In this document: piece by piece, positions 7,870 through 16,394 of the stretch
How the letters are laid out: every line of letters starts with the position of its first letter
Position numbering within the stretch: the first letter of the stretch is position 1
Virus record (IMG/VR): IMGVR_UViG_3300042888_004067
Span: 1-25,447 of that record
Direction: 5' to 3' (one strand)
DNA length: 25,447 nt
Source: a virus
Lineage: Duplodnaviria > Caudoviricetes
The notes under the pieces: generated by a model
Databases searched by the model: none
Told to the model about the DNA's origin: nothing
What the model saw: only the letters and a program-made list of their open reading frames with translations
Position numbers and translations under genes: made by a program

Positions 7870-9444
7870 TTATAGTATTAAAGTATTTAATATATTTAAT
7901 AATTTTTCTCTCTCCTCGATTATATCATCTGCATATTTCGGTGTGTCTAACATAATCTCCACTCTTAATTTTTCTTCGTATTCCTTTTTAGTCAAACTTC
8001 CGCTATCCAACATCTTTTTCAATTCTGCTGGAGTTTGTTTTTGAAATTCTTTGGTTGGCGACAATACATTGGTAATTGCGCTTCTAATATAACTCTTAAT
8101 TTCGTATTCTGATTTTCCATTATCCTTTTCTCTTTTAATAATGTCTTGCAACACCTTTCTTGGAGTATTGGATAATTGCATTTGAATATAATCTAAAATA
8201 GAATAAAACTTTTCAATTACTTTTTTCTCAATTTCTGGAGTTTCTATTTTGTCACTAGCATCAACATCCATATTTGCAAATAACATCAATTTTTTATTTA
8301 CAACTTGCGATGGAAATTCTCCTACATTGATTTTATAGCTTACATAGTTTCTAACCATTGGTAAAATATCTCTCATAAACGTTGTTGGGTCAAGCGTACC
8401 AGTTGTGTCAAAACCACTTTTAGAATCTCCACACATAAATTTATACCAACCAACAGTTGAGTTTGCTAACCAATATCTATAAAAACGTGTATCCGAAGAA
8501 AATACTGCAATCTTGTTTAAATCAATAGTTTCTCCATAGTTTTTTAACATAAACATAGTGTTAAAATCTCTGTCTTTATTGTAATCTCTATTTGACCAAT
8601 AAGCAAATATTCTAACCCTTACACCAGCTTTTTCCAATATCCTTGATAATAGAATATTTGGCAATGAACGTATAATCATTTGTTCTGGATTAACACTACC
8701 TAAACCGCCAGTAGAAATGTATAAATCTACATAAGGAGCAATACCTCCACCTTTTTTTTCTCGATAAGCATAAACCTTTTTTGTGGTTGTAGCATATCTC
8801 AATTTATTTCCTTTACACTCGTTTACAATTTTACCTTCTGCATTGTATGGCAAAAACAATTTGCTTTGTTCATCTTCTTTTAAAAGTACATCGGTGCAAC
8901 TATCAGCTATCTTTGTAGTGCCTTCTTGCCTTCTTTCCACAATAACTTCTCTACCATCGTGTTTATAATAAAAGTAATCTAGCTCCTTAAATTCGCCCTT
9001 AAAAACATCATCTGGAGGTATTATTTTATTTTCCTCTTTTGAATAATATTCTACTGGTCTAATTAAACCTTTACTAGCTTGTGCAAATGAAAATATTCCT
9101 AATGGTTTTTCAGTAAATCTAATTCTCGATGCTTTAAAATCTCCACCTAAATCTAACTTGGCATTTATATTGGAATAAACTTGCTCTACCTTTGTTAATA
9201 AATCTTGGTCTAAAAAACTTCCTAATCCAGAATTAACATCAAATTGCTCTGCAAAAGATTTTGACGAACCGCTTTTATATCCGTGCCAATTGTAATCTTT
9301 ACCTCTGACACTCATACCGCTTGTAACTGAACTTTCGGAATAAATAGTTCTTAAACCATCTTTTCGTACAATATCCAATCCCTCATCTATAAATTTATAG
9401 GGGTCAAATCCAAATACTATATAATTATCTTTTGCTTTTGGCAT
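7870..9444 (-). CDS. Putative vWA-like partner of the MoxR-type ATPase
   Basis: Overlaps the ATPase stop by 1 nt; strand-helix-strand segment YVDLYISTGGLGSV...ILLSRILEKAGVRVRIFAY resembles phage vWA-like folds; no canonical DxSxS MIDAS seen. Confidence 0.5.
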   Translation of the reverse strand: MPKAKDNYIVFGFDPYKFIDEGLDIVRKDGLRTIYSESSVTSGMSVRGKDYNWHGYKSGSSKSFAEQFDVNSGLGSFLDQDLLTKVEQVYSNINAKLDLGGDFKASRIRFTEKPLGIFSFAQASKGLIRPVEYYSKEENKIIPPDDVFKGEFKELDYFYYKHDGREVIVERRQEGTTKIADSCTDVLLKEDEQSKLFLPYNAEGKIVNECKGNKLRYATTTKKVYAYREKKGGGIAPYVDLYISTGGLGSVNPEQMIIRSLPNILLSRILEKAGVRVRIFAYWSNRDYNKDRDFNTMFMLKNYGETIDLNKIAVFSSDTRFYRYWLANSTVGWYKFMCGDSKSGFDTTGTLDPTTFMRDILPMVRNYVSYKINVGEFPSQVVNKKLMLFANMDVDASDKIETPEIEKKVIEKFYSILDYIQMQLSNTPRKVLQDIIKREKDNGKSEYEIKSYIRSAITNVLSPTKEFQKQTPAELKKMLDSGSLTKKEYEEKLRVEIMLDTPKYADDIIEEREKLLNILNTLIL

Positions 9445-10811
9445 TATTTAATTTTGTTTGCGTTTTTTAAATCAAATGCTTTAATCAATAAATTTGCTTC
9501 CGTTTTATCCTCTGGAGAATCCAATGAATCTAATGGTTTTAAATTTTTGTTATTGACTAAATCAAAAAATTCATCTACTCTTACATCTGCTTCCAAAACA
9601 CTTCTTTGTTGTTCTGTAAATAAATCTAAAAATGTTTTAACTGCAATCTGTAAAGTCTTTGGACTTTTTATTCTTTTATCTCCTTGTCTTTCGTTAAGTC
9701 TAAAAGCTATATAGGTATCTCTCATAGAAATCATTAACCTTTGAGAAACAAATGCTCTACTTGAAAAATTATTATCCTCTACTGCGGTTCTTAATTTGAA
9801 TAAGAAATTAAATATAAAAGTGAAATTTGCTAATTCATCTCCAATCTTAATATTTGACATCAAATTATCTAATTCGTATTGTGGGTCAATAATCAATTCG
9901 TATGTGCTTCCAGCAAACCTATCTTGTAAAGATAAATCTTGTTTAAAGTTGGCTTCATAGTTTACATCAGCTTCATTTAACAAAGAGTTTCCAGTTGCTA
10001 TAACAAACACATTTCCTTTTGTAATAATTTCTCCTCTACCATTCGTAATTTCTGGTCGTATTTCTAAACCATCTTGCGTTCTTTCAGAAGGGTCTTTAAT
10101 TTTTGATAAACCATCATTTAATACCCCAGCAGTATTCGGGTCAAGTTTTGGTAATTCATCTAATAATAAAACTGCACCAGAAAAATATTTTCCAGTTCTT
10201 TTATTCATTTCTTTCCTTGCATCAGTATATCCAAAGGCATCAATTAATCTACCCTCTTGATAACCCTCAATCGTTTGCCCTCCAACTATATCCAAAGGCG
10301 AAGTAAATTGATTACAGTTTAAAGTTATCAATTTATAATTTAAGGCGTTTGCAACTTCTTTTGCAATAAAGGTTTTTCCAGTACCAGCACCACCGTAAAG
10401 GTAAATGTTGTTACCAGCTTCAAAATCAGAAAGCATTAAATCAAAAATCTTTCTTTTCTTACCATCTCCAGTCTTAACAACAACATTTTGCCAGTTAATA
10501 ATTTGAACAGTTTGAGTTTTACCAATAAGTTCTAAAACAGTAGAATCTAAATTATTTTTACCAATTTTAGTATCTCTGAATTTATCATCTACAATATCTT
10601 CAACTTGCTTTTTATCAACACCAGCTTTTGCCAATTTGTCGATTGATTGATTAAACTCTCGTACCGCAAATAAAATATCATTGTTTATACCTTGTACTCC
10701 AGACGAAGTTTGCAAGGCATCCAATTTTGCTAGTTGACCTTTAGCATCATCTCTTGTGTCTTGTGATAATGTAGTGTCGCTAATTACTAGTTCTAATTCT
10801 TCTCTTGTCAT
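9444..10811 (-). CDS. MoxR/CobS-like AAA+ ATPase (AAA_5 type)
   Basis: Walker A GGAGTGKT, Walker B LLLDE, sensor-1 IATGN, arginine finger LQDRF, sensor-2-like SQR; N-terminal helical extension. Confidence 0.9.
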   Translation of the reverse strand: MTREELELVISDTTLSQDTRDDAKGQLAKLDALQTSSGVQGINNDILFAVREFNQSIDKLAKAGVDKKQVEDIVDDKFRDTKIGKNNLDSTVLELIGKTQTVQIINWQNVVVKTGDGKKRKIFDLMLSDFEAGNNIYLYGGAGTGKTFIAKEVANALNYKLITLNCNQFTSPLDIVGGQTIEGYQEGRLIDAFGYTDARKEMNKRTGKYFSGAVLLLDELPKLDPNTAGVLNDGLSKIKDPSERTQDGLEIRPEITNGRGEIITKGNVFVIATGNSLLNEADVNYEANFKQDLSLQDRFAGSTYELIIDPQYELDNLMSNIKIGDELANFTFIFNFLFKLRTAVEDNNFSSRAFVSQRLMISMRDTYIAFRLNERQGDKRIKSPKTLQIAVKTFLDLFTEQQRSVLEADVRVDEFFDLVNNKNLKPLDSLDSPEDKTEANLLIKAFDLKNANKIK

Positions 10812-10814
10812 AAT

Positions 10815-11945
10815 TTATATGTTTTCTAATTCTGTTATGAAATTACTTGTTATTAATTTTTGTTTTTCAAATCTACTTAAAGTTTCGGATAAGCCAACTT
10901 GCGTAGTTATAAAATCTAATTCATTTGGCGACAACAAACTTACAAAAGATTTTGCCGATTTTTGCGTTGGGAATTGTCTTTTAATATCTTCTTTGTCAGT
11001 ATCTAGCATATCTACAATAGCATCTAAAACTCCTTCAATCCTTTTATCAGAATTGGCTGGTGGCTCTGGAAAATCTGGCAAATCAAAATTCATATCATCT
11101 GGTTCTCCTTCTCCTTGCCCTCCACCTTTTTCATCATCAATTTTTTCTTTAAGGTCTTTGTCTTTATAACCTTTGGTAAAATCGTTTTCCGCTTCTCCTT
11201 TTTCAACTTTATCTAAAAAATCTTCCAAATCAATTTCATCTCCACCATTATCAGATTGACCACTTGATTTTCCTTTTTGCTCTTTTTTTAATTCCTCTAG
11301 CAATTTTTTAATATCTTCCGCAGACATTTCTTTTGGCTTTCCTTTACCCTCTCCTTCTTGTGGCTCTCCTTCTCCTTCTCCTTCTCCTTCTTGTGGCTCT
11401 CCTTGACCTTCTCCTTCTCCTTCTCCTTCTTGTGGCTCTCCTTGACCTTCTCCTTCTTCTTCTTCCCCTTCTTGTTCCCCTTCTTGTTTGTCTTGCTCTT
11501 GTTCAGACTTTTCTTGTTCTTCTTGTTCTTCTTGCTTCTTTTTTTCTTCCTCTAATTCATCTTTCAATTTTTCAAGTAGCATTTCATTAAAAACTTTGGC
11601 AACAGTTTCATATTTCTCGTTAAAGAAATTTAAAACATCTGGTAAATTATCAAATTTTAAATCAAAAAATTCATCTCTATAAATATCATCTCCTTTTATT
11701 GATATTGCGCCAGTAGTAATAACGAATTTCATTTGACTTTCAAAACTTAAATTATCAATACTTAAAGATATGTATAGGTTTTTATCAATTAACGGTCTAT
11801 TAAAACGCATTACTTGAATAAAATTAATTTCGTCTGACACAATCTTTAAATTATCATTATCACTTGACTTACTGCTATTAAAATAGTAGTAATCTGGGAA
11901 CAAAGGAACTAATCCTAACTCTTTTATTTTTTCTTGAATATTCAT
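10815..11945 (-). CDS. Acidic protein with a Gly/Glu/Gln low-complexity linker, co-operonic with the AAA+ ATPase
   Basis: EQE-rich coil and (GEGEGQGEPQE)n repeats between globular-looking termini; 2-3 nt gaps to both neighbours. Confidence 0.75.
   Translation of the reverse strand: MNIQEKIKELGLVPLFPDYYYFNSSKSSDNDNLKIVSDEINFIQVMRFNRPLIDKNLYISLSIDNLSFESQMKFVITTGAISIKGDDIYRDEFFDLKFDNLPDVLNFFNEKYETVAKVFNEMLLEKLKDELEEEKKKQEEQEEQEKSEQEQDKQEGEQEGEEEEGEGQGEPQEGEGEGEGQGEPQEGEGEGEGEPQEGEGKGKPKEMSAEDIKKLLEELKKEQKGKSSGQSDNGGDEIDLEDFLDKVEKGEAENDFTKGYKDKDLKEKIDDEKGGGQGEGEPDDMNFDLPDFPEPPANSDKRIEGVLDAIVDMLDTDKEDIKRQFPTQKSAKSFVSLLSPNELDFITTQVGLSETLSRFEKQKLITSNFITELENI
11337..11480 (-). repeat. Coding GEGEG(QG)EPQE repeat (27-33 nt units)
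   Basis: tctccttcttgtggctctcctt and ccttct hexamers repeat in frame. Confidence 0.85.
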
Positions 11946-11947
11946 AA

Positions 11948-14900
11948 TTATAAAATTCCTCCTAAATCAAATCTTGAATCATTAGACAATGCGTTAAACT
12001 CGTAGGCATCTGTAAACTTAATCTGGTTGCTATCAAAAGCACAATAAGAAAGCGATGCGTTTTCCAATCCACCATAAGGTTTTGTTGGTATGTATTCGTA
12101 AAAAATATACCCATCATAAGTCGTAAACACTTTTACATATTTTGTAAAAGACTGCCACAATCTAATAATTTGCCAAGCATACACTTCTGTATCTTGTGTA
12201 AATCCGCTATGCGAAGTTATATTAGTCCAAAAATCAAAATCTCCAATGTTATAGTTTACCCTTAAAAAAGTAAGGAACTCTCTTATAGGATATTTTTCTA
12301 CACCAAATCTTGAAAAATCAATTGGGTTCTTTACATCAATAAAACATCTTAATAAAAAATTTCCTCTGTTTGGATTTAATTTTTTAAGAATTTCTGAATC
12401 TACTCCAGCTTTATCCGTTCTTTCCTCCCAAGTTGTAGCAAAAAACTCTGAAAACTCTCTCTTAACTGCAAAATAATGTGCGTTGTTACTATCGTATGTT
12501 TTCCAATTTACAAATAAAACGTTTGTTCCGTGAAATACTGGTTGAGGTTCTTTTGTAACTGGATTTATAACTTTCGATACTCCAGCATAACTATCATTCA
12601 AATACGCAGTTTCCCAATCTCCAAAAAACGATTTAAACTCTGGCGTTCTAACATTAAAATATTCCTTTTCTGTTAATTGCGATTTTAAGGCGTTTATAGA
12701 GGTCATATCTGTTTCGGTGTACTGATTGTCAAAACTTGAAATCTTTAATTCATATACACCCCTTACTCTTTCCTCAATAGGTTTTAAACTCATTTCAGCA
12801 TCGTTAAGTTTTCTTAACTTTAAAATAAATGAATTAATCTCTCTTTGGTAAAAAGCAACTTCCTCATTTGATAGTATTGGTTTTTTTAAATCCAACTCTT
12901 TTGCCAAATCTGAAATCCTTTGCGACAAGTATTTACGTTCTAACTCAAAATTACGTTTTGGTTTTTCGGTTTTACTCGGTTTTAATTCTTCTTTTTGAGC
13001 AACTTCTTTTGGTGCATCATAAAGATTAAATTCTAGCCAATCGTATTTATCTGTAAATTGCTTTCCGCTATTTATAAAAGCAACAAGGTCTGTTAAATTA
13101 TCTAAACCTTTAAAAAAATCAACATTATCGTATGTTTTACCATTTTGGTCAACTATCTTAAATTCAAAAAAATCTCTTTGTGGAAATTGTGAATAAGAAT
13201 CTACTAAATATTCTAATAATTGTTTAGCACCATAAAGTCCAAAATCAGAAGTGTGTTGTCCATCTTCCGATACTGGATAAAGCTTCCAAACTTCAACTTT
13301 TTCTTCTTGTTTTTCTACATCTTTAGTAGGCGTTAATTTTTTAAATTCTTTATATTTTCTTATTAATGCTCTTGACTTTTCTATGTCAACATCCTCCTCT
13401 TGAACACCTAATGATAAATTATATTGTCTTAAATAAAAAACATCTCCAGTTAATGTATCTACTATATCAAAATCTGTTATTCTATCTTCAAATCCCCACG
13501 AGGTTACATCAATAAAATCTATTTTATATTTATCAACAATTGCATCTATTTGACTAAAAGCATCTATTTCTCCAGAAGTAAATTTTTCAGACGAAGTTTC
13601 TTTTACTGGTTCTTCATAATCATCATACAAACCAATCTTATCTAAAAAATTTAATGTTTTTAAATCAGTTGGGTATAATCCTTGACCTCTAATAGCAGTT
13701 AATCTATAAATAGTTGGGGGTTCATTTTTGTAAAAATCCTTAAAGAAACTATCTCCCTCTTTTGTTTTTATTTCTTTTTCTAAACTCCAACTACCTTCTT
13801 TTATAAATGCTAAAATTAGTTTTTTAATTTCTACATCTTCATCTGTAATGGTTTCGTCTAATGTATCTGTACTGTCAATTCCTAAATCAGAAGGAAAAAT
13901 TTCTTTTACTTCCATTTTATCAAAATATGTTTTTAATTCATCGCCATAAACTACAAAATCATTTGTATATATTCTAATGTTTATGCCTTTTTTTGTAGAT
14001 AAATCTTTATCTCCGTAACCTTTATCAAATTCAAAACCTATTTTATTAAGTTTCTCCATAACCATATCCCTCAAACCTAAATCACTTCCAATCCATATTT
14101 TAGACTGTTCTAATTCTTCTTTTGTTAGGGTTTTGCTTTTTTGTGTACTGGTTTGACTTTGAGTTGTCTTTGGCGTTCTTTTAGCTCTTGTTTTTGTAGG
14201 CTTTGGAGTTAAATCAACAATACTATCATCAGCATTACGAATTACATTGTAATCAAAGTCAAAGTAAACATTTAACTCTGCTTTTTTTTCTTCATTTACT
14301 GCACCGTAAGTTTCTCCTTTATCAAAAACATAAGGCATTATTAATCCAATAACATCTTTGCCTAACGAAAAAGTTGAATAGTAGCTAAAAATTAAACCTC
14401 TTTTATCTGTTTGAAAGCTAACATACATAAATTGATTACCACCAAGCTTGATTAAGGAGGTTAAAAAATTAATCATTAAATCTGGAGCAACAGACATTTC
14501 TGAACCATCAATTTTAAATACAATTTGCGTGTTGTCCGAATAGTTTTTAGCTACCTTAAAATACGTTAGTAGTTTTAAGACATCAACATAAAAAACTTTT
14601 TTAATTTCTGATTGTTTAGGAATTATTGGCTCGTAATTTGGAAATTTTGCATCAATTTTTATAACCCCATCTGGAAATACTTCTTGTAAAGATTTAGATG
14701 ATAATTTTTCTTTTTTATAAATTCCTTGAAACTCGTGGTCAACCGTAGGTATAGTTAATAAAATATGTGCGTTTGTAACTGTTATTCCATTATCATCAAA
14801 GTTTATACCTTCCATCGCTGGTCTTAATGGTTCTTTGCTTAAAAATGGTTTTACAATTTCATTTAACCCATCATCGCTAGGGTTTGCGTTCCAATCAATT

Positions 14901-16018
14901 TGCTTTGGCAATCTTATGTTTTTAAATTCATCTGGTATATCACTCCAGTTATCTACAACAACATCAGTAGCACCCCCTTTTGCAAACATCATATCAGCAC
15001 TATCGCCATCCATATTTGCATCGTAAGGCTTAACTGTACCTCCATTTGCAAATAAACCAGTATCTCCACCAACTTTTCCATCGGCTTCAACATCTAGCAT
15101 ATCATTGTAATTGTTTAAATCTCTGGCTGATGTGTTACCACTTTTAGCATCTCTAACAAGACTTCCTCTATGAACTCTACCTCCGTGTTTATAATTAGAT
15201 TTTTTTAAATAAATTTCAAGTTCTTTTTTTAAATCTTTAAATGCTTCTTTTTCATTTTTTCCAAAACCTTTAATTTGTATATCATCTTCAAAAGTAGGAT
15301 TTTGCGATGGTATTTCTAAATTTGCATAAATACCTCTTTTTGTTTCAAAATAATCTACATCAAACCCATTAAGAGTTAATCCACCATCTTCTAATCCAGC
15401 TCGTTTAAGCAAAGAATAATATTTTGGGTTTTCAAACAAATGGTCTTTTACAATTTTCATTTGTTCTCGTTTGCTTGAAGTATGTTCGCTTTCAGCTTTC
15501 ATACCCATATCAACTTGCTTTTGTAAATCTTTTACAGAAACATTATGCTTTTTAGCAATTTTAGAAAGTGTCATTCCTTCGGCTAAATGTCCTCCAGTAA
15601 TTTTCTTATATATTTCGTGGTCAGTCATTGTTTTACCACCATACTTATAACTTGCTCCAGTGCGTTTTATACTTTTAGGTATTTCCATTCCATCTTTTGC
15701 AAATGCAACTCCACCACCTTTTTCATTTATAGTAGATAAAATTTGCCTATTGGTCATCATTTTACCTTCAAACTCCCTTTTAGTATTGTCAGAAACTGCT
15801 GGTGCGGTAATAACAACTTCTCCACCTTGCATTTCTAATGCTTGTCCAGTAGATTTGTTTACTGCTTTAATACCACCCTCTGCGTGTGTTTTACCAACTA
15901 AATATCCGCTTAAAGTTCCTTTGTTATGTATAATAGTTTGCCCTTTTCTTTTACCAACAAGTACTCCGCCAGTAGGCGTTTGTTCTGCTTTATCTTCTGT
16001 TAGGGTTGATTTTTTCAT
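11948..16018 (-). CDS. Large polyvalent protein: G-x-x-H-x-x-GG module, DUF5661-like domain, sliding-clamp-like domain, C-terminal ART-PolyVal-like ADP-ribosyltransferase
   Basis: GKTHAEGGI...EMQGGEVVI (~15800-15900); GMKAESEHT...IVKDHLFENPKYY (~15400-15520); RPAMEGINF...VTNAHIL...DAKFPNYEPIIP...GLIMP (~14330-14850); VRTPEFKSFFGDWE...SKVI...PVFHGT...AFDSNQIK (~11970-12655). Confidence 0.75.
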   Translation of the reverse strand: MKKSTLTEDKAEQTPTGGVLVGKRKGQTIIHNKGTLSGYLVGKTHAEGGIKAVNKSTGQALEMQGGEVVITAPAVSDNTKREFEGKMMTNRQILSTINEKGGGVAFAKDGMEIPKSIKRTGASYKYGGKTMTDHEIYKKITGGHLAEGMTLSKIAKKHNVSVKDLQKQVDMGMKAESEHTSSKREQMKIVKDHLFENPKYYSLLKRAGLEDGGLTLNGFDVDYFETKRGIYANLEIPSQNPTFEDDIQIKGFGKNEKEAFKDLKKELEIYLKKSNYKHGGRVHRGSLVRDAKSGNTSARDLNNYNDMLDVEADGKVGGDTGLFANGGTVKPYDANMDGDSADMMFAKGGATDVVVDNWSDIPDEFKNIRLPKQIDWNANPSDDGLNEIVKPFLSKEPLRPAMEGINFDDNGITVTNAHILLTIPTVDHEFQGIYKKEKLSSKSLQEVFPDGVIKIDAKFPNYEPIIPKQSEIKKVFYVDVLKLLTYFKVAKNYSDNTQIVFKIDGSEMSVAPDLMINFLTSLIKLGGNQFMYVSFQTDKRGLIFSYYSTFSLGKDVIGLIMPYVFDKGETYGAVNEEKKAELNVYFDFDYNVIRNADDSIVDLTPKPTKTRAKRTPKTTQSQTSTQKSKTLTKEELEQSKIWIGSDLGLRDMVMEKLNKIGFEFDKGYGDKDLSTKKGINIRIYTNDFVVYGDELKTYFDKMEVKEIFPSDLGIDSTDTLDETITDEDVEIKKLILAFIKEGSWSLEKEIKTKEGDSFFKDFYKNEPPTIYRLTAIRGQGLYPTDLKTLNFLDKIGLYDDYEEPVKETSSEKFTSGEIDAFSQIDAIVDKYKIDFIDVTSWGFEDRITDFDIVDTLTGDVFYLRQYNLSLGVQEEDVDIEKSRALIRKYKEFKKLTPTKDVEKQEEKVEVWKLYPVSEDGQHTSDFGLYGAKQLLEYLVDSYSQFPQRDFFEFKIVDQNGKTYDNVDFFKGLDNLTDLVAFINSGKQFTDKYDWLEFNLYDAPKEVAQKEELKPSKTEKPKRNFELERKYLSQRISDLAKELDLKKPILSNEEVAFYQREINSFILKLRKLNDAEMSLKPIEERVRGVYELKISSFDNQYTETDMTSINALKSQLTEKEYFNVRTPEFKSFFGDWETAYLNDSYAGVSKVINPVTKEPQPVFHGTNVLFVNWKTYDSNNAHYFAVKREFSEFFATTWEERTDKAGVDSEILKKLNPNRGNFLLRCFIDVKNPIDFSRFGVEKYPIREFLTFLRVNYNIGDFDFWTNITSHSGFTQDTEVYAWQIIRLWQSFTKYVKVFTTYDGYIFYEYIPTKPYGGLENASLSYCAFDSNQIKFTDAYEFNALSNDSRFDLGGIL

Positions 16019-16041
16019 ATTTATTTTAGTATAATAAAAAG

Positions 16042-16049
16042 CAAATATA
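16042..16049 (-). promoter_or_regulatory. Bacteroidota-type -7 box (TATATTTG) heading the 13.5-kb polyvalent-protein operon
   Basis: caaatata 24 nt upstream of the 16018 start, in a very AT-rich divergent intergenic region. Confidence 0.6.
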
Positions 16050-16182
16050 AATAATAAATACGAATGATTTTAATTATCTTCTAAATAATAATTATTTTAC
16101 ATTTGTTTTAAACTGAATTAGTTACATAAATAAAAATTTCATTTATTTTTATTATTATTTAAAATATGATTTTATAATTATA

Positions 16183-16190
16183 TACATTTG
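16183..16190 (+). promoter_or_regulatory. Bacteroidota-type -7 box (TACATTTG) for the plus-strand small gene
   Basis: Matches TAnnTTTG 30 nt upstream of the ATG at 16220; a second TACATTTG lies at 16098-16105. Confidence 0.55.
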
Positions 16191-16219
16191 TGGTTATTAA
16201 TTAATAAAATAAATTAAAA

Positions 16220-16339
16220 ATGGAAGGATTTTTTGACATCAAAAATCCAAATTGGCTAGGCGGAGTTAATGTTCATAACACAATTACAATTGGGTTGTTA
16301 GTATTAGTAGCTTACAAAATTGGAGCATTTAGAAAATAA
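16220..16339 (+). CDS. 39-aa hydrophobic membrane peptide (not in ORF track)
   Basis: Manual translation MEGFFDIKNPNWLGGVNVHNTITIGLLVLVAYKIGAFRK*; A-rich leader, upstream promoter box and downstream terminator; GC higher than its flanks. Confidence 0.75.
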   Translation: MEGFFDIKNPNWLGGVNVHNTITIGLLVLVAYKIGAFRK

Positions 16340-16357
16340 TAATATTATTTTTTAAAT

Positions 16358-16394
16358 AAAAAAAATAGCCACTCTTTCGGGTGGCTTTTTTTTT
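16358..16394. terminator. Bidirectional intrinsic terminator
   Basis: Hairpin AGCCACTC-tttc-GGGTGGCT (16367-16386) flanked by an A-run upstream and a T-run downstream, between convergent genes. Confidence 0.85.

Noticed and set aside
7870-10811. Cobalamin chelatase CobS/CobT
   Set aside because: No cobalamin pathway genes nearby; a generic MoxR-type ATPase and adaptor fits the viral context better.
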